Assembly (NCBI GenBank): GCA_017499595.2
Contig: CM039002.1
Span: 744,001-808,000 of the forward strand
Direction: 5' to 3'
Length of the DNA stretch: 64,000 nt
From: Psilocybe cubensis
Taxonomy: Eukaryota
A program made the translations under genes and the position numbers. How positions within the stretch are numbered: the stretch's first letter is position 1; each line of letters begins with the position of its first letter. Of the stretch, positions 10,794 to 24,395 are shown piece by piece. The notes beneath the pieces are model-generated. The model was not told the DNA's origin, ran no database searches, and was given only the letters and a program-made list of their open reading frames with translations.

Positions 10794-12530
10794 CGTCCCT
10801 TTCCGCCTCTTTTTCATTTCACTTTTTTTAATTCTTTCACTGAATATGAATAATACATAGACATCGCTCGAGCATTAGCTCCCGTACTTCCGCCACCTCT
10901 CTGAGTACCCCGATGGCCTATACATCGGATAATGTATACGCATGCTCGTCAAGAAAGCAAGCGACACGCAGAAATAAATAAAAAAATACAACCCAGGTGT
11001 GTCACCTCCATCCCCATCCCCCATCATCATCAAGCTACCAACTAACGCAAATCGGATTCAGAAAACCCAAAAACCCACTTCGCCCACTTTCGTGCGCGAG
11101 ACCCCAAAAAAAGTGAGTGAATTTCCGAACCCAATCTGCATCATGATAATCCAAACCTAACCATGAATCTGTCATAATCATATTATATAGAAAGATGGTC
11201 CCGGGAGTTTCTCGCTCTCCGGCCCTCTACATCAGTTCGCATACGAACGCAATTTCAAATTAAATACCCCAAAGCAGCATCGGAAGGTTAGGAACGCGCC
11301 ACCACCGCCATCTTTGATATAAGTTAGGATAGGAGATGGTAATCATCTTCCATGCTGCAAAAGCTCCAGTGGGGGTGGTCTCCGTCCCCCGCTGTAATGA
11401 ACGTGCATGTCATTGTCAAGGATAGCTGGGGGGCATGCGATGGTCGAGGTGCGTCCCGATGCCCATACCTATTCTTTTATCTACCAGCGTGCTGATTCTA
11501 AGTGCTAGTCGAGATAAACGATCGAGCTCCGCTCTCCTCTCGATCTCCACCATCTATGCCCCTCCCCGTCCGACGACGACGACAACCACACCCCCATTGC
11601 AAAGCAGTCGTAGTTGACGACGTCACGCTCGCACTGCAACAATATACCCGGGTCGCTCAGCTCGCCAAGAAAGCAGGCAACCCAACGCACAAGTTGAATA
11701 GATTAAATACAAAAAATCCAACGTCGCTGCACTACGCGCGAGACCCAAAAAAATCGTGTATAATAGTAAAACCCCTAGCAAAAAAAAAATATAAAAAGTG
11801 TAAAACGGGTTCTGCCTGGACGAAACTGAGTGTCCTGTGGGATTTGACATGAAACACAATAGGCGCTCATACACCCGCGCTCAATTGGTCAACAAGCGAC
11901 TTAACCAGCACCGCTTGGTGATAAAAAAAGCCGCAAACATACCCTTTACGTGCTCACCTTCTCTTGTTTTTTTTTCAAGTTCTCTCCTTTGATCGGTACC
12001 CCTGGGAATAATTTCGGGCACGTCGGTCACTTCAAGGTATCGCGTCGTTCGTCTTTTTGGACTTCAACATAACTACACATCTTTCTTCATCACCAGTCCT
12101 CCTCCCCGACCATCACACCGTCCAGCCAGCTTCTAGACAATCTGTTGCTCCGTATCATACAAGTCTCTGGGACCTACGGGACCCTCCTTTATCGTATCAC
12201 GTATCACTAGACAAGACAACATCTCATCCAAACGGACCGCGAATCGTCTCAATCACAACTAGTATCTATTGGAGCGAAGTACCGAAGTACCTTGTCAGCG
12301 CCCACCGCCATACCCAAGCGAGCAGTACCTGGAGGGTCCAGCAACCAAAAAAAAAGGCAAGGAGTGGACGGCGGTTACTATGGATGCCAAGACAAGTTTT
12401 CACTCTAGACGATCGGGAAGTTGCGACTTCCGCTTGCTAGTTGCGAAGTGGTTGCGTCGGGCCCCGAACTAATGACCATACAATTTTGTCCTTAACAAGC
12501 GCTAGCGGTCGTCATTTCTGGATGTTGAGA

Positions 12531-13122
12531 TCATCCCATGTCTTTGAAGTTCGAATCCGGGAGCAGACAGACAACTTGAAGCACAGGGACGATCCACGTA
12601 CTCGACCTTTCAGAACAATTTAACTTTGGGGGAGGATTGGGATGTCGCAAACTGAAAACTTGGCCAGGTTGGTTCTCGAACACACGGATTGTAAGCGCCC
12701 ACCAAATCGTCAGGCGAAAGAATGTGACTTTGAGCCATAGGTAAAGCAGAAATAGCCTGGCAATAAGGTGTCCCCAAAAAGTGCCAAGAACCGGTACCGA
12801 TGCTCGATTAATAGATATCTGAATTAACAGGGAGCACACAGCGGGCGCCGCAAGGGCGCTCTAGGTCACATCATGGATTGAATCCAATTAGACAGACTGT
12901 GATGTTGATTTCAGTTTTGTGTGCAAGGTTAGGTTCGCTCTGGGAAACCTGCTCCTGAAGATCCTGAAATGCCACATCGATATCGTCCTTGATTGATAAA
13001 TGGACGGATAAAACGGAGCGGAAACATTCTTGACTTTGTCGTCCGTGGTGCGCAAAGTTGAGGATATTCAATTGAAGTAAGGATAGGGATTGTGGGTTTT
13101 GAACTTTAAGGGCAGGCGGCAT
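12531..13122 (-). CDS. Hypothetical protein, two putative exons
   Basis: ORFs 12871-13122 and 12531-12839 join in frame through a GT-AG intron (EINIT|ISINRAS). No recognised motif. Confidence 0.3.
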
Positions 13123-13719
13123 GACGTGGATAGTTGTAAAAATAATGATGAGCCATTCACATTACTATATTGAACAAAGTATACAGAGAGTGTGAGTGTG
13201 GGGAACTGAAAAAGAAGATAAGGTTTCAAATATTGTTCACGAGAACATATTTGATGATGGGGAGCGTACCTTTAGCCTATCTAGCGCATAAATATTGCCC
13301 CTATCAGCCGAGAACTGTTGTGTATCCGCATCACCAGGTCCAATCAGTAAAATGTTTCTGTAGGCCAACTTACGCTGGTCCATCTGCAAGCTCCTTTGTC
13401 ATAAATAGGTAAAACAGTAGATCCGACCATACACGCCCTGAAGCAAAGTGAGGCATTCAAAAGACCGTCTTTGATAAAGAGTTGCGATGGCGTCAGTTTG
13501 GCTAAACATAGAATTTCAGGGCCATTTATAGATTCGGAGCGAGCACGAAAGGTCGACCTGTTGCATACAGTTTGACGAGGCAAAGTCGAGACGCGTCAAG
13601 GATCCTGGCATCCGAGAATTGCGTCATTACAATCCTAGAGAGAGCACTCATTCTTATTTCTAAAGAATCAAGTGAACTGGGATCATGATACCATAAATGA
13701 AAACACAGAGATTTTTAGA

Positions 13720-15588
13720 TCAAAGCATTCCTTTGACGAGCCAGACGATGAACTTCGTTGTCCATCGGACTTCTCGTTGGCGTCCTTGCCATTCGGTTGT
13801 GTGGCTCCTGATATTTCTTATTTCTCGTTGAAGATCCTTTTGGAGCGCCAAAAGTGGCGGGTCAGAGATGGTATGCGTCTTTTCTGGGGAGGCGATGGAG
13901 CTTGCGTGCTGCGCCGAAGGAATGATCAATAGAAAGGAAAGTTCAGTATCGATGTGGGCGGATCGTGAGTTGAGATTCGTAGACCCAAAGAGGGTTAGAA
14001 CAGGAAGACTCGAAGAACTCGGAGAAAGCCAAATGCCTGTAAAGAAACGTGAAAAAGGTGCCTTCCAAGAATTTCTAGATATTTGCAATATGGAATAGGT
14101 TTACCTTTCGCATGGTATGTCCACCCTGGCCTTTCCCATTCGCTCAATAAGATACCTTGCCCCTGTTCTGGGGACTTTCCTTGCCAAATTCTTCCCGCTC
14201 TGGAAACCGCTTTCATGAATCTCTTCTCGTACAATGTGTAACCTTCCGGAATGCGGCCTGAGATTCCTTTTGAACCATAGAAGCCATTTGCCTAACAATC
14301 AGATTAGATATCAGTATTCCCACGCAAAAAGGCAGATTACCTTTGGACTAGAAGCTACAATGCGACAATCAACGCCAGAAGCCTTCATGATAAGGTCCTG
14401 GTAAGGTCTATACAGACTGAAATAGCCACTAGTTAGGTCAAGTAACGGACGTGACATTTGGCCGATATTGCGGAAAAGAGATTTGAAAATGGACTCTTCT
14501 TCCCTGATATTGAATTGCCCCGCTTGGATAATCGGAAAGAGAAGTGCCTCATTGGGATTATTTGGTTCTTTGCTGGTTATGGACGGGTTCAACTTCCGAT
14601 ATTTTGCCTGAAATTTCGAAAAGGCCGACTCTGCGATAGAATTAAAATGGTGCGGATGCGTATTTGAATTAGACCAGAGGAGCGTGTAGGCGTCGTTCGT
14701 ATATGAGTGTGGATTGAGTTGGAGAGTCGACTTTGAGGAATGACTAATAGCAGGTAATAGAGTAAATGAAAAGTTCTTGACAGTTTGAATAAAGTCGAAA
14801 CAATATTGGGCGATATTTGGTTGACTGGAGAAATGAACATAGCGATCTTGACGATTGGTAAAATAGGATTTGTTTAAATTGGCTCTGGAAAAATACAGTT
14901 AAACATCGTCAAGTATGCCTGATGAAGAGACACCATACCCACTAATCATGACATTGTCATCTGCCCCGTAAATTTTGGCGTGCCACGTCCCCCATCCTTC
15001 GTTAAACCGGGGAGGAACTAATTTCGCGAGAATACCTCGGAGACTTGGGCTACGAAACATGGAAACATGCACACGCGATGGAAATTCTCGAAGCAAAGGG
15101 AGTAAGATATGAGCCGTAGAATCCCGCCCTGGACGTGTCGACCGATTAAAATCAAGCAACAGATCAACGTTAAGGCTCGGAATATCGCGCATTCTACGCG
15201 CTATGGTTGATATCTACAAAGAAATAAGGTAAATTCACAACATTGCCTTCGTAAGCCACGTACAAGCTCGTCCTCTTCTGACCCGATGTATAAGGAAGAT
15301 AGAAAAATCCGCCTTTCCGCTTGATTTATCATATTCTATAAAAATTTAGATATAAGAAAGACGAGAGAAAGGACGACATACCAAAAGTGTCGAGTAGAAC
15401 TGAGGTGGTTCGCTCAAAATGCGAATTGAGGAAGCAGGGATTGGAAAAACCGGTTGGGTATCAACTAGTTCCGAGGCAAAAGCGCGTACTGATTGGTCTA
15501 CAAATGTCGTGGATATCCATCTCCGTGAACTTGGGTGAGATATTCGAGAAAATAATGGTGCTTTCCCAAGGGAAAGACGTCGCCACAT
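13720..15588 (-). CDS. PGS1: CDP-diacylglycerol-glycerol-3-phosphate 3-phosphatidyltransferase (PLD superfamily), mitochondrial
   Basis: Motifs LLDFNRSTR, PPRFNEGWGTWHAKIYGADD, LTSGYF, GWTYHAKGIW and TLFGSTNLNSRSAHIDTE; Arg/Ser-rich N-terminal presequence; multi-exon. Confidence 0.92.
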
Positions 15589-16240
15589 AGAAAGGAACAC
15601 AGACGTTCGTGAACGCACCCACCAAAGCGAAACTGCCGCTGCTTGGCTTGCACCTCCAAATAAAACAGCTTATCACGTGATAATCATTGAATCCATTCTA
15701 AATCCAAGTTGTGACACTGACTCTGCTGGCTCTTCAGCGTAATGTGACTCGTACGTATCGCGGTCTCCACCTTACCACCTAACAGCCTCCTTGCATCAAG
15801 AAAAGCACTGGAAAAACAGAAAATGAATTCATTTGAAAAGGTATATCAAATATCCATTTAGGCAATCTGTAAACTCATATGAATCACTGTTATGATCACT
15901 AGTAGTAGTAGTAAGCAATGTTACATGACACATGTGTGAATGATTCGCGCGCTGAAATATACATCGGGCCGCCGAATGTCTGTCCTATTCTCAACACAAC
16001 CCATACATTGATATTTCTCCCCCAGGTCCTCCTCCGTAAGTAAATATCGTAAATTCGATCAAAGCGCCCTGGTGAATTTTTCGTAAATTCTGGATTAGGC
16101 GCCCATCAACGAATATCAGTGATTCTTCAGACTTCGAAGTATAGACATGCGTCATCTCCATCTACTCCTTTGATAGGCTATATCATGAACCTGGTAATGC
16201 TAGGATCCCACATTCATCTTGGTTATCGTGATTTGAATGT

Positions 16241-16866
16241 ATGAGTCAAATTGACGCAGACGTCCCATTTACTCTTTATATTCCCCCTTATAATCCCCAC
16301 CTTCCAATCCAGCCTCTCAGGACTCCCCCACCTTTAGTACATATGGAAAAAGGCCAAGAGGAGGTCGACGTAGCCGAATCTTTTGTCACCGCCTTTTACC
16401 ATGACTCGGAAGATGAAGACGTCTCTGTGTATGTGTTGGATTGCCAATGCGCAGACCTCAATCGCTTACCTCTTCTTGCAGTCAAACCAGGAATGAAGAT
16501 ATATTTGAGCTATATTGGAACTCTCGACCGTTAACACCACTGGAACGAAGAAATCCTGAAGATGCGACCACAGGTTGCACTGGTGATCCAACCAGCCAGA
16601 TATTTCTGATAGGCCCAAAAATGCTATCTCATGACAATAGCCAGAGCGTCAGAGAAGATATCATCAGATCAAAAAGCAACGTGGGGTCGACTGAGAATAG
16701 AGAGGAGAGCGATGCAGCTCCAGCAACCAAAAGGACAATGCCAGAAAGCGAAACAGCTTCAGAAGTATGCAAAATAGACTCTGTTACTTCGCCCACGCTG
16801 ACCGAGTACACCGGTAACCGTTTTCAGGGTCTACCGGAAGAGAAGACACCTGTCGAGGAGGTCTAA
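16241..16866 (+). CDS. Hypothetical acidic protein, start uncertain
   Basis: ORFs 16241-16534 and 16441-16866 join in frame through a GTATGT...GCAG intron. No motif recognised. Confidence 0.4.
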
Positions 16867-18152
16867 ATCAATATCCTTGAAGTAAATTCAAGCTTTTATC
16901 AATGATGTAACTAGAGCAGCTGGAACAAACCAGAGTTTAGGTTGATTTGCTGATACTTTAGGGTTTCTATCCCTAAAAACTGACCGGAGGTGACATTAAA
17001 TTTTTTGCACACATCGTCCCATACGGGAAAAAGCGCCCATGAAATCCATATTTTACAATTCAGACCTGGCTTAGAATATGTGTACTTGCATTTGATCACA
17101 TCAGGCTATTAGTTAGGGGCAGTACCGTCCCTTATGGTTTGATATTCAATATCATAACAATTCAGGGTCAGGTCAGGACCCACATAAAACCTGTAAATCT
17201 AGAGACTTTCCAAATTCTAGAACCGTATGGACGTCTAACTGAGGAATATCCATTTGTACCTATATTTGTTTCTTGGGCAGTGGGGCTAGTAACGCTATGC
17301 CATGATTGCCATCCAATCTCAATCTCACACGGTGGTCAACCACCGAGAAAGATGTCACCGCCACTTTGTCATCCATAATTCCATCACGATGGGTATGTTC
17401 ACTGACCACACCCTTTCCTATATACTATATTACTATTATATCCTGACCCAAATGTGTCATCGGAGCGAAAATTACCGCCGAGTAGTGTTTCATGGACATA
17501 TAGCTCAAAAATTAGGACGATGCCGAGGTAGCTAGGATATTATGACTCTCTACCCGGGAAGGTTTGATAATCTTTACAAAAGGGTGCCTTGTTAACAAAT
17601 CTGCAAAACCTACACTTCGCGAAGCTGCCAGGCGCTTATGGGCGTAGTCCACTCCTTATTAGTGACTTTTTTCGGGTCTTGGCTATGCAATCATCAATCC
17701 GATGTACATTGTAAGTTGCTCCGACTAGTAAAGGTGTCGAAGGGAGATATCATTGGAGATATAGAATATAAGGAGGTGTGACGCTCATAGGGAGGCCGAT
17801 TATTCTTAGTGCATACGGATAGCAGAGATTCCCGAGATCTGTTTTTGGACCTGCGGATACGGCAGGTTATACTTATACTGACAAGCCATTTCGGGTCCGT
17901 CGTCTGCGAACTTACATGACGTGAAAAAGTGACGTACTAGTTTACTGTCCTAAATCGTGAATGCTTTAACAGTCGTACAGCCTTCAAGCGGTAGGATTCT
18001 CAGTTGCACAATTGCGCACTAGGTGAACTATGGATAATATAAATACAAATGCTGCTTAAATCAAGCCTTGATGCCGGATTGGACATTACATTGACTGACG
18101 AGAAACCTGACAAAAAACCTTTTATGCCACGGTTTTCGACGAAATATCCTAA

Positions 18153-18704
18153 TCATCGTCTCTTCCACCACCTCTCAATAATCCATCTTATAGCCATGGC
18201 CACGCATATGGGTCCGAATAGAATGACCAAAAATACAGCTGGTCCAATGAAGCCGGCCGTTGCGAATATAGATAAGTTATTCATCAGTCCACAGGACATG
18301 GCGCCGAAGATGGACCCGACGGCACTGCACAACATCTCCTTGCAGACCATGTGGTGTATCGAGGCGTCATTTCGAAGGTTGTCTCGCCGTGATGCCAAAA
18401 CGAATAGGTGAACAAAAGTAAGAACAGCGCCCCCCCATGCACCGACTTTAATTGACGTTGCAGATGATAGGCCAGAATCGTTCACCGAAAAAGTCAGGTT
18501 AAGAAGTTTATATCCCAGGAACTGAAGTAGGGCGTATTTTGCTGGCGACAATACAGCTTCAGCAACGGCATATGCATCTTCATCGTTCCCCGGCCACGAT
18601 GACTTGGAGATTTGGACACCTTCACGAAAAATCTTTAAGGACATCAAAGGTTGAATGAGAAGAAATTTCTATCGAATACATTGCAAGCGTACCATCATGT
18701 CCAT
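18153..18704 (-). CDS. Hypothetical small multi-pass membrane protein
   Basis: Short first exon MDMM with a GTACGC donor, then an exon of about 160 aa with several hydrophobic segments. Confidence 0.5.
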
Positions 18705-21242
18705 GTCAGAGAGGAAGAAGTTGGAGAGATGAGTTGGTGGTTAGGTTCCTTGGTAGCGAGTATGAAAGGCTCTGGGGAGAATAAAGCCGTACAATGAGAT
18801 GAAATCAACGGTGCCAGTTTGGCACGAGGCTTTATAGCACTGACGCACTTTAAGGTACCTAAAACGTCCTGTTGGGATCTCCGGCTGAGTTGTTGTTTCT
18901 AAACTACTTTGACACTGTCGGACGTCGTGTAGTGATCGGAGCGCTGCTGCAAAGAAGTTTACCCATGTAGATTGTGCTCACATTGACGATTAAAGAGGAT
19001 ATCTGAATCGATTTCGACGAACCTTGACATAATATCAATTGAAGGGAAGAATTAAACCGCAAATCTGGAATCAGCTTGGAGATGACACAAGTGTCTGTGA
19101 ATCGACGGAATCTCCCAGAACTCACAATTTACATAAATCTAGGTAAAATAGATCCCAGGGACACGGCGCCGCATCGCCAGTTTCACTGCTTCCGATAGGG
19201 TGACGATCCTGACAGTATATGCATCATCATAAAAAGTAATTATATCGTCAGTCACGAAACGCACTGGGATACTCGTGACTCCGTAAGTTTGACTTGTTGC
19301 TTAAGTTCATTCACGTTGATATTTTTAAGCTAGTAAGGGGGTTGTGATGGATAAGCACGCATGTTCAAACGAAACTTTAAAAGATACCCTAAAAAGAACA
19401 CGTTTTTTCGTCTTCGATATACCGAAGCCCGATAGCTCGCTGGCATCGGAGGCCTTGTTGGAGCTTCTTGTGAATCGGTTGACAAATTTTGCCCTATTCA
19501 GTGTATATTATGCCCGGACACGAGTCGTAGATACGGAATAGAGAAACACGCCATTGATTTGGCGCCAGGGCGAGCGTGCAAAATGTCTGGTCAATTCCGA
19601 ATTGTGAAATCTGCCTGCCAGGTAGCTCCAGCCTGATCAAAGAGGTTGTAGTGGCGGAGAAGCGGTTACGACGACTGTCAAAACCAGACAGCCACGTGGA
19701 AATGTCAAGCAACAAAATTTGGGGACGATCGAGCAGATGTATTTTTTGAATTTTTAATTTATTGTGAAGCGCTCAGGTTGAAAATGGCGCCACTACAAAA
19801 CTTGACAACCAGAATTCCTCTGGTTTTGGAGAAACAAATAGTACATTTCTGTTGATTTATTACTAGTCTGGGAAACGAAGCTGAAAGTATCTAGGTAGAG
19901 TTGTCTTGAACCCTGTCATTTCAAAATAGTAAACCTACAGGATACTACTACATAGAATATGCGACTTATGGTGAGAGTGTAGTAATCGTACGCTAAAGCC
20001 AAGCCTGCGCATTGTCTTCCATGTGCTAAGCGTGGCCGGTAAGTAGCACATAGCGCCGTACGGTGATGGTACTCAAAGGAGTTGCGATTCATTCGCAAAG
20101 CATTTACTAGGACACTTCTAACTTTAAGAAATTCAAGTTTCAATCCTTGAAATTTTCAGCTGTATGTCATTGCTGAATTAAATTTGGATGATGTCTTGGC
20201 ATGTGCCGCAGCTGTTAATACCGCGGATGGTCCAAAACTACCTCAGGCGCTCAGGAAGTCCGCAATTTGTTGTGCCCCCTCCTCTCTCTGGAAACGGTTG
20301 CAGACCAAAAAACCCTCAGTTAGGGTCATATGGCCTAGGTCTTCTCATAAAAAATAATATGGGTATGCACTTGCGAAGATAGGCAGACACCATTCGTACG
20401 CCCATTCCATAAGGAAGTTTAAATCAACAGAATTAGTAGACCTCGTGAGCACATAGTAAGGTAGCTTTTTTCTTTACGATTTCCAAAAAAAGGCTTTTGT
20501 GAAACCGAGGCTCTGGATGACTCACTGTTGCCGATACACAAATCGAATATTTATGATTTATGGTCGTTACAGCACTGGTCGGCGGACATGAGAAATGCGT
20601 CAAAAACGTTGCGTTGTGGAATGCTAATTGAGCTCGGGGAAGGAATATATTGGTTAATCATGACAAAGTTGTCGCACCTGTCCAGCGTTGGCCGAATAAA
20701 CATCTTGAGTATTAGTAAGCATGCGGGCGAAGTCTGAGCTATCAGGAGTTAGCTGTAGACTATTGCGAGAGGAGCAATCGAATATCGACGAACATTAATA
20801 ACCAAGTAATGTTATTTATTTCGGCAGCTAGGGAAGTCAGCCGAATCATAAAGTTGAAACATAAAGGTGCATTTGCAGATAGCCATATAATCTTCATTTC
20901 GCATCTGCGTACACGCCGATAGAACACTTGCGAAATATCCGTGACTTGTGCATTGTTTTGAAAAAGAATAGATCAAAAGAATAGACCAAGGAAAGAAAAG
21001 GTACTTCATTTAGGAGATCTCGTGCGATCCAAGGCATTGATTTAGCGTTGACCGAAGACCCTTCTATTTTCGCCGACTCGTAGGCAGGTCAAAAATAAAT
21101 GACCAAGGGGCGGGGAAAGAGGGCGGTATCGAAAAGGACTAGGCAATGACGAATCATCCGGAGAATATATTCAAGGGTTATTATGTTCTTGAAAGGCGTC
21201 ATCAAAGCTGGACGCGAATCATGAATAATTTGGACGTATAAG

Positions 21243-22281
21243 TTAGGGCCCAGATTCTGAGGCAGCAGCTTGTTGCCTCTTCTCTGCAGCGGCCTTAGCC
21301 TCGCTCAAGGGCTTGCTCCAGCGTGCTTCCGGTGGGTCCCAGATACCAAACTCCTTCTTCATGTCTTCTATGTTTTCTGACCATCGCTTTTCCCAATAGA
21401 CTGTAATGAGACTCTGCGCACTTCCTCCACATTTAAGGGCCCATGGTACGTATTCAGAGAACAGTCTGGACCTCTTCTGTGCCGTTAACCGTAGAGGCCC
21501 AAACAAAGCAGAAATAGCGGTCATTGGCAGTCCCAGATTGGCAAATTCAAAGTATTTGAGGGCCAGTTCCGACTCGACGTTGACAGGCAAGTTGCAGATG
21601 CAGTGATAGAAATCGTGACATTCACGATATCTCTGCATAACATAAGCAAGTTCAGGATCGTCAATGTATTTTACCTGAAGGACGAATGAAAAGGCGTCGT
21701 TTGGTATGCGGCCTGACAAAGTGTACATGTAACTTACCGGGGCGCGAGTGTCAGGTGTGACCCCACATCTTTCTAGCCAAGTCACATAGGCTCGTCCAAA
21801 AGACCCTTCTGGATATTGCGCTAGTTTGTTCATATCGACCGTAGATGAATTGACGCGTGGTCTGTCTTTCAGGACTTTGCGGCCTTCAGGACTCGCTAAC
21901 ATTCGATCCCTCAAACGTGGAAGGCTGGGGCCGGCGGTAGTTTCTCCAAGTGCAGCAATCATGTCTGCCGAGATGCTCTGTTAGTGCCAAAATAGTATGT
22001 AAGTCTAGAGTAATATAAGCCTCACCTCCTCTACGCGGATCTGCCAACGACACGAAGGCTGATCCCACTGCCAGAAACGCGTTTTCAAACCAACTGAGAG
22101 GTATGTGGCCTTCATATGCTGGTTTTGTTGCAGAGCTTATTCCACGGAAAGATTGGCGAAGCTCATCCCTTGTTCTGCATTGTGGTATCGATAAATGCCG
22201 TGTTTCCAGGAGGGGTGTCGCCAAAGATTTTAATATGCCATTAGAAGCTCGAAATTTTGAAGGTGAAAGACGTTGCATCAT
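21243..22281 (-). CDS. COQ4: Ubiquinone biosynthesis protein Coq4
   Basis: Motifs LADPRRG|DMIAALGETT, LKDRPRV, YVMQRYRECHDFYH (HDxxH), ELALKYFEFANLGLPM and VYWEKRW; two introns. Confidence 0.95.
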
Positions 22282-22921
22282 AATCCAATAGCCCAAAGAA
22301 TATTTGACCGGAAGTCTAACTCGCAGAGCAGTGAGATGTGGTGTGGACAGACAGTGGCCAATATGGGCAGGAGCAAAGGAGGTAGCCTGCAATTCGGAGC
22401 AGTGCCAAGAAGGATGTGACAAGCTTCACGTGAGTATAGTCACATCCTTAAATACTTCTGGCCCTTCAGGCCAGTGTTGATCCAGTACCACAACGATTGA
22501 TCTGGGTCTGCCACCACCATGAGGTCGGAGAAATCGCATGGAACGTGTATACGCTCTCTCCTGATCTTAGGCCCATTTTTGTCACATCATCACAACGAGT
22601 GGCAGGGCATGAAATTGCCTCGTGTTCGGCAACAGTAGAAGAGCAGAGGATTCATTTGATGTTTTTGGACCAATACGCGCCGAGTCTTTACCTACTACAA
22701 TGGCGGCCTACATTCCAAGTGGCATTCGTTCACATTTGTCCCAACCCGGTGTGCACGAGTCAGAATCGTGTAGAAGCCACTGGAGTGCCTTGAACGCCAG
22801 TTCACTACGCTCTTCTTTGCCTATATTATAATATGCTGCATCCATGATCGCTGCTGGGCCACTCCCCTCTTCTTCACTCTACCACACTCTCATTTACTGT
22901 CAACTTGAACATTTCTTTGCG

Positions 22922-23810
22922 ATGGATAATTTTGCACGTCTGGCTGTCATCCAGGGGCTTATTCCTGCTGCGCAGAACACCCAGCCTCGGGTCGGTGACG
23001 ATCGCAGACGCTATGCTGTTTATTTCTCTTCGAGGCCCAGTTTGCTCCCGAAGGCTAGCGAGACCGATGCAGGAAGTACTTGGACTTTCTCCGCGTCGGA
23101 ATTGCCTCGTTCTGGAAGCTCTGGAAGCTCCAACAATACTAGTGTTGAAAGCGGGGTCATGACGCCTGCAAAACGGATTGTCGATAGTTACCGAGCTCGT
23201 CATTCACTGGAACAGATCAGCCAGACTTCTTCTGGTTCCAGTTACTCATCAGAATACTCGCAAACTAATTCGTCGAACAAGTCGTCTCCGTTCGAATCGC
23301 GTCCCTTCCCGACAGGAACCTTGAAACCGAAGTTACGACGCTCGCGCCACGAAGCTCTGCTTACTGCTGTATGTTTGCTAGTGATGGTTTTCCGCTATGT
23401 ATAGTCCCCTGTTGACAGATGGATTTGTCTGCTAGTTGCAGGAAGCGCAAAATATCGCCAATGTGCGTAACCTTGGACCTCACGAAACGATTGCATGCCC
23501 TCGTTCGGGGTGTCACGACTTGCTTCCTGGTATACATGCCTTGGCTTATCATCTAGACATACACGATATACATGACTGGTACGCCTGTTTCAAGTTCCGG
23601 AGTCCAACTCTTTGAGACGACCTATTTATGTGCCACAGTACTATCGGTTGTAATCGCTGCAAAGATCGTTTTGAAGATCAGACGGCACTCCGTCTACATC
23701 AATGCAACAAGTCCCATGTTTTTGCTCTTCCGTCCATCTCTGCGTTCCCTCTTCGCTGTAAGAAATTGATTGAAAGCATCTTGCGCCTTGCTAAATCGTG
23801 GTCTCTTTAG
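22922..23810 (+). CDS. C2H2-type zinc finger protein with Ser-rich N-terminus
   Basis: Spliced exons give CPRSGCHDLLPGIHALAYHLDIH and CNRCKDRFEDQTALRLHQC. Confidence 0.7.
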
Positions 23811-24395
23811 ACGGATTCCAGAAAGTTGTTGCCTTATTACACAAAACGCTCTGACAAAAAGGTTCTATTGTACTATAGGTTCTGGTAATCATGCTACACC
23901 TTTTACGATTCAGTTATCCACATACTACGCTTTGCTTTCACTTGTTATCCGATTTGTATCTTTCGCTGTATACTTACTGTCACTATCCTCAAGAATCTTT
24001 ACGTTGTCTATACACCTACATTAATTAATTAATCACATCTTATCCCCGACCCTTCAGGGTTGTTAACACCCCTTGCTCTTGTGCACACTGTGACATACAT
24101 ACTGTATCGGACGCGAAACGCAATGTTCCGGTGCGGGACAAATCTCGGAAAAGTATGTAGTAGAAATATGTATTTAAAGTTTGTTGTGCCCCTATTAAGA
24201 TTAGATTACATGTTTCCTTTTACTATTAGTTTTACTGACTTCGGAAAGGCTTGATCGATCCCGACGGTGGTTTATGAAAGTGGCAGGGCAATCGACTCAA
24301 ACCTGAATGAATTGCTAAGAATATGGTATGCGGTCATCATTTACATTATAGAGACGCAGGTCCCCGAAAGGGCCAGCCCTTGACTAGATTCCAAA

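Noticed and set aside
18900-21200. Short ORFs in a long intergenic region
   Set aside because: No motifs, coherent exon chains or repeat termini were recognised.
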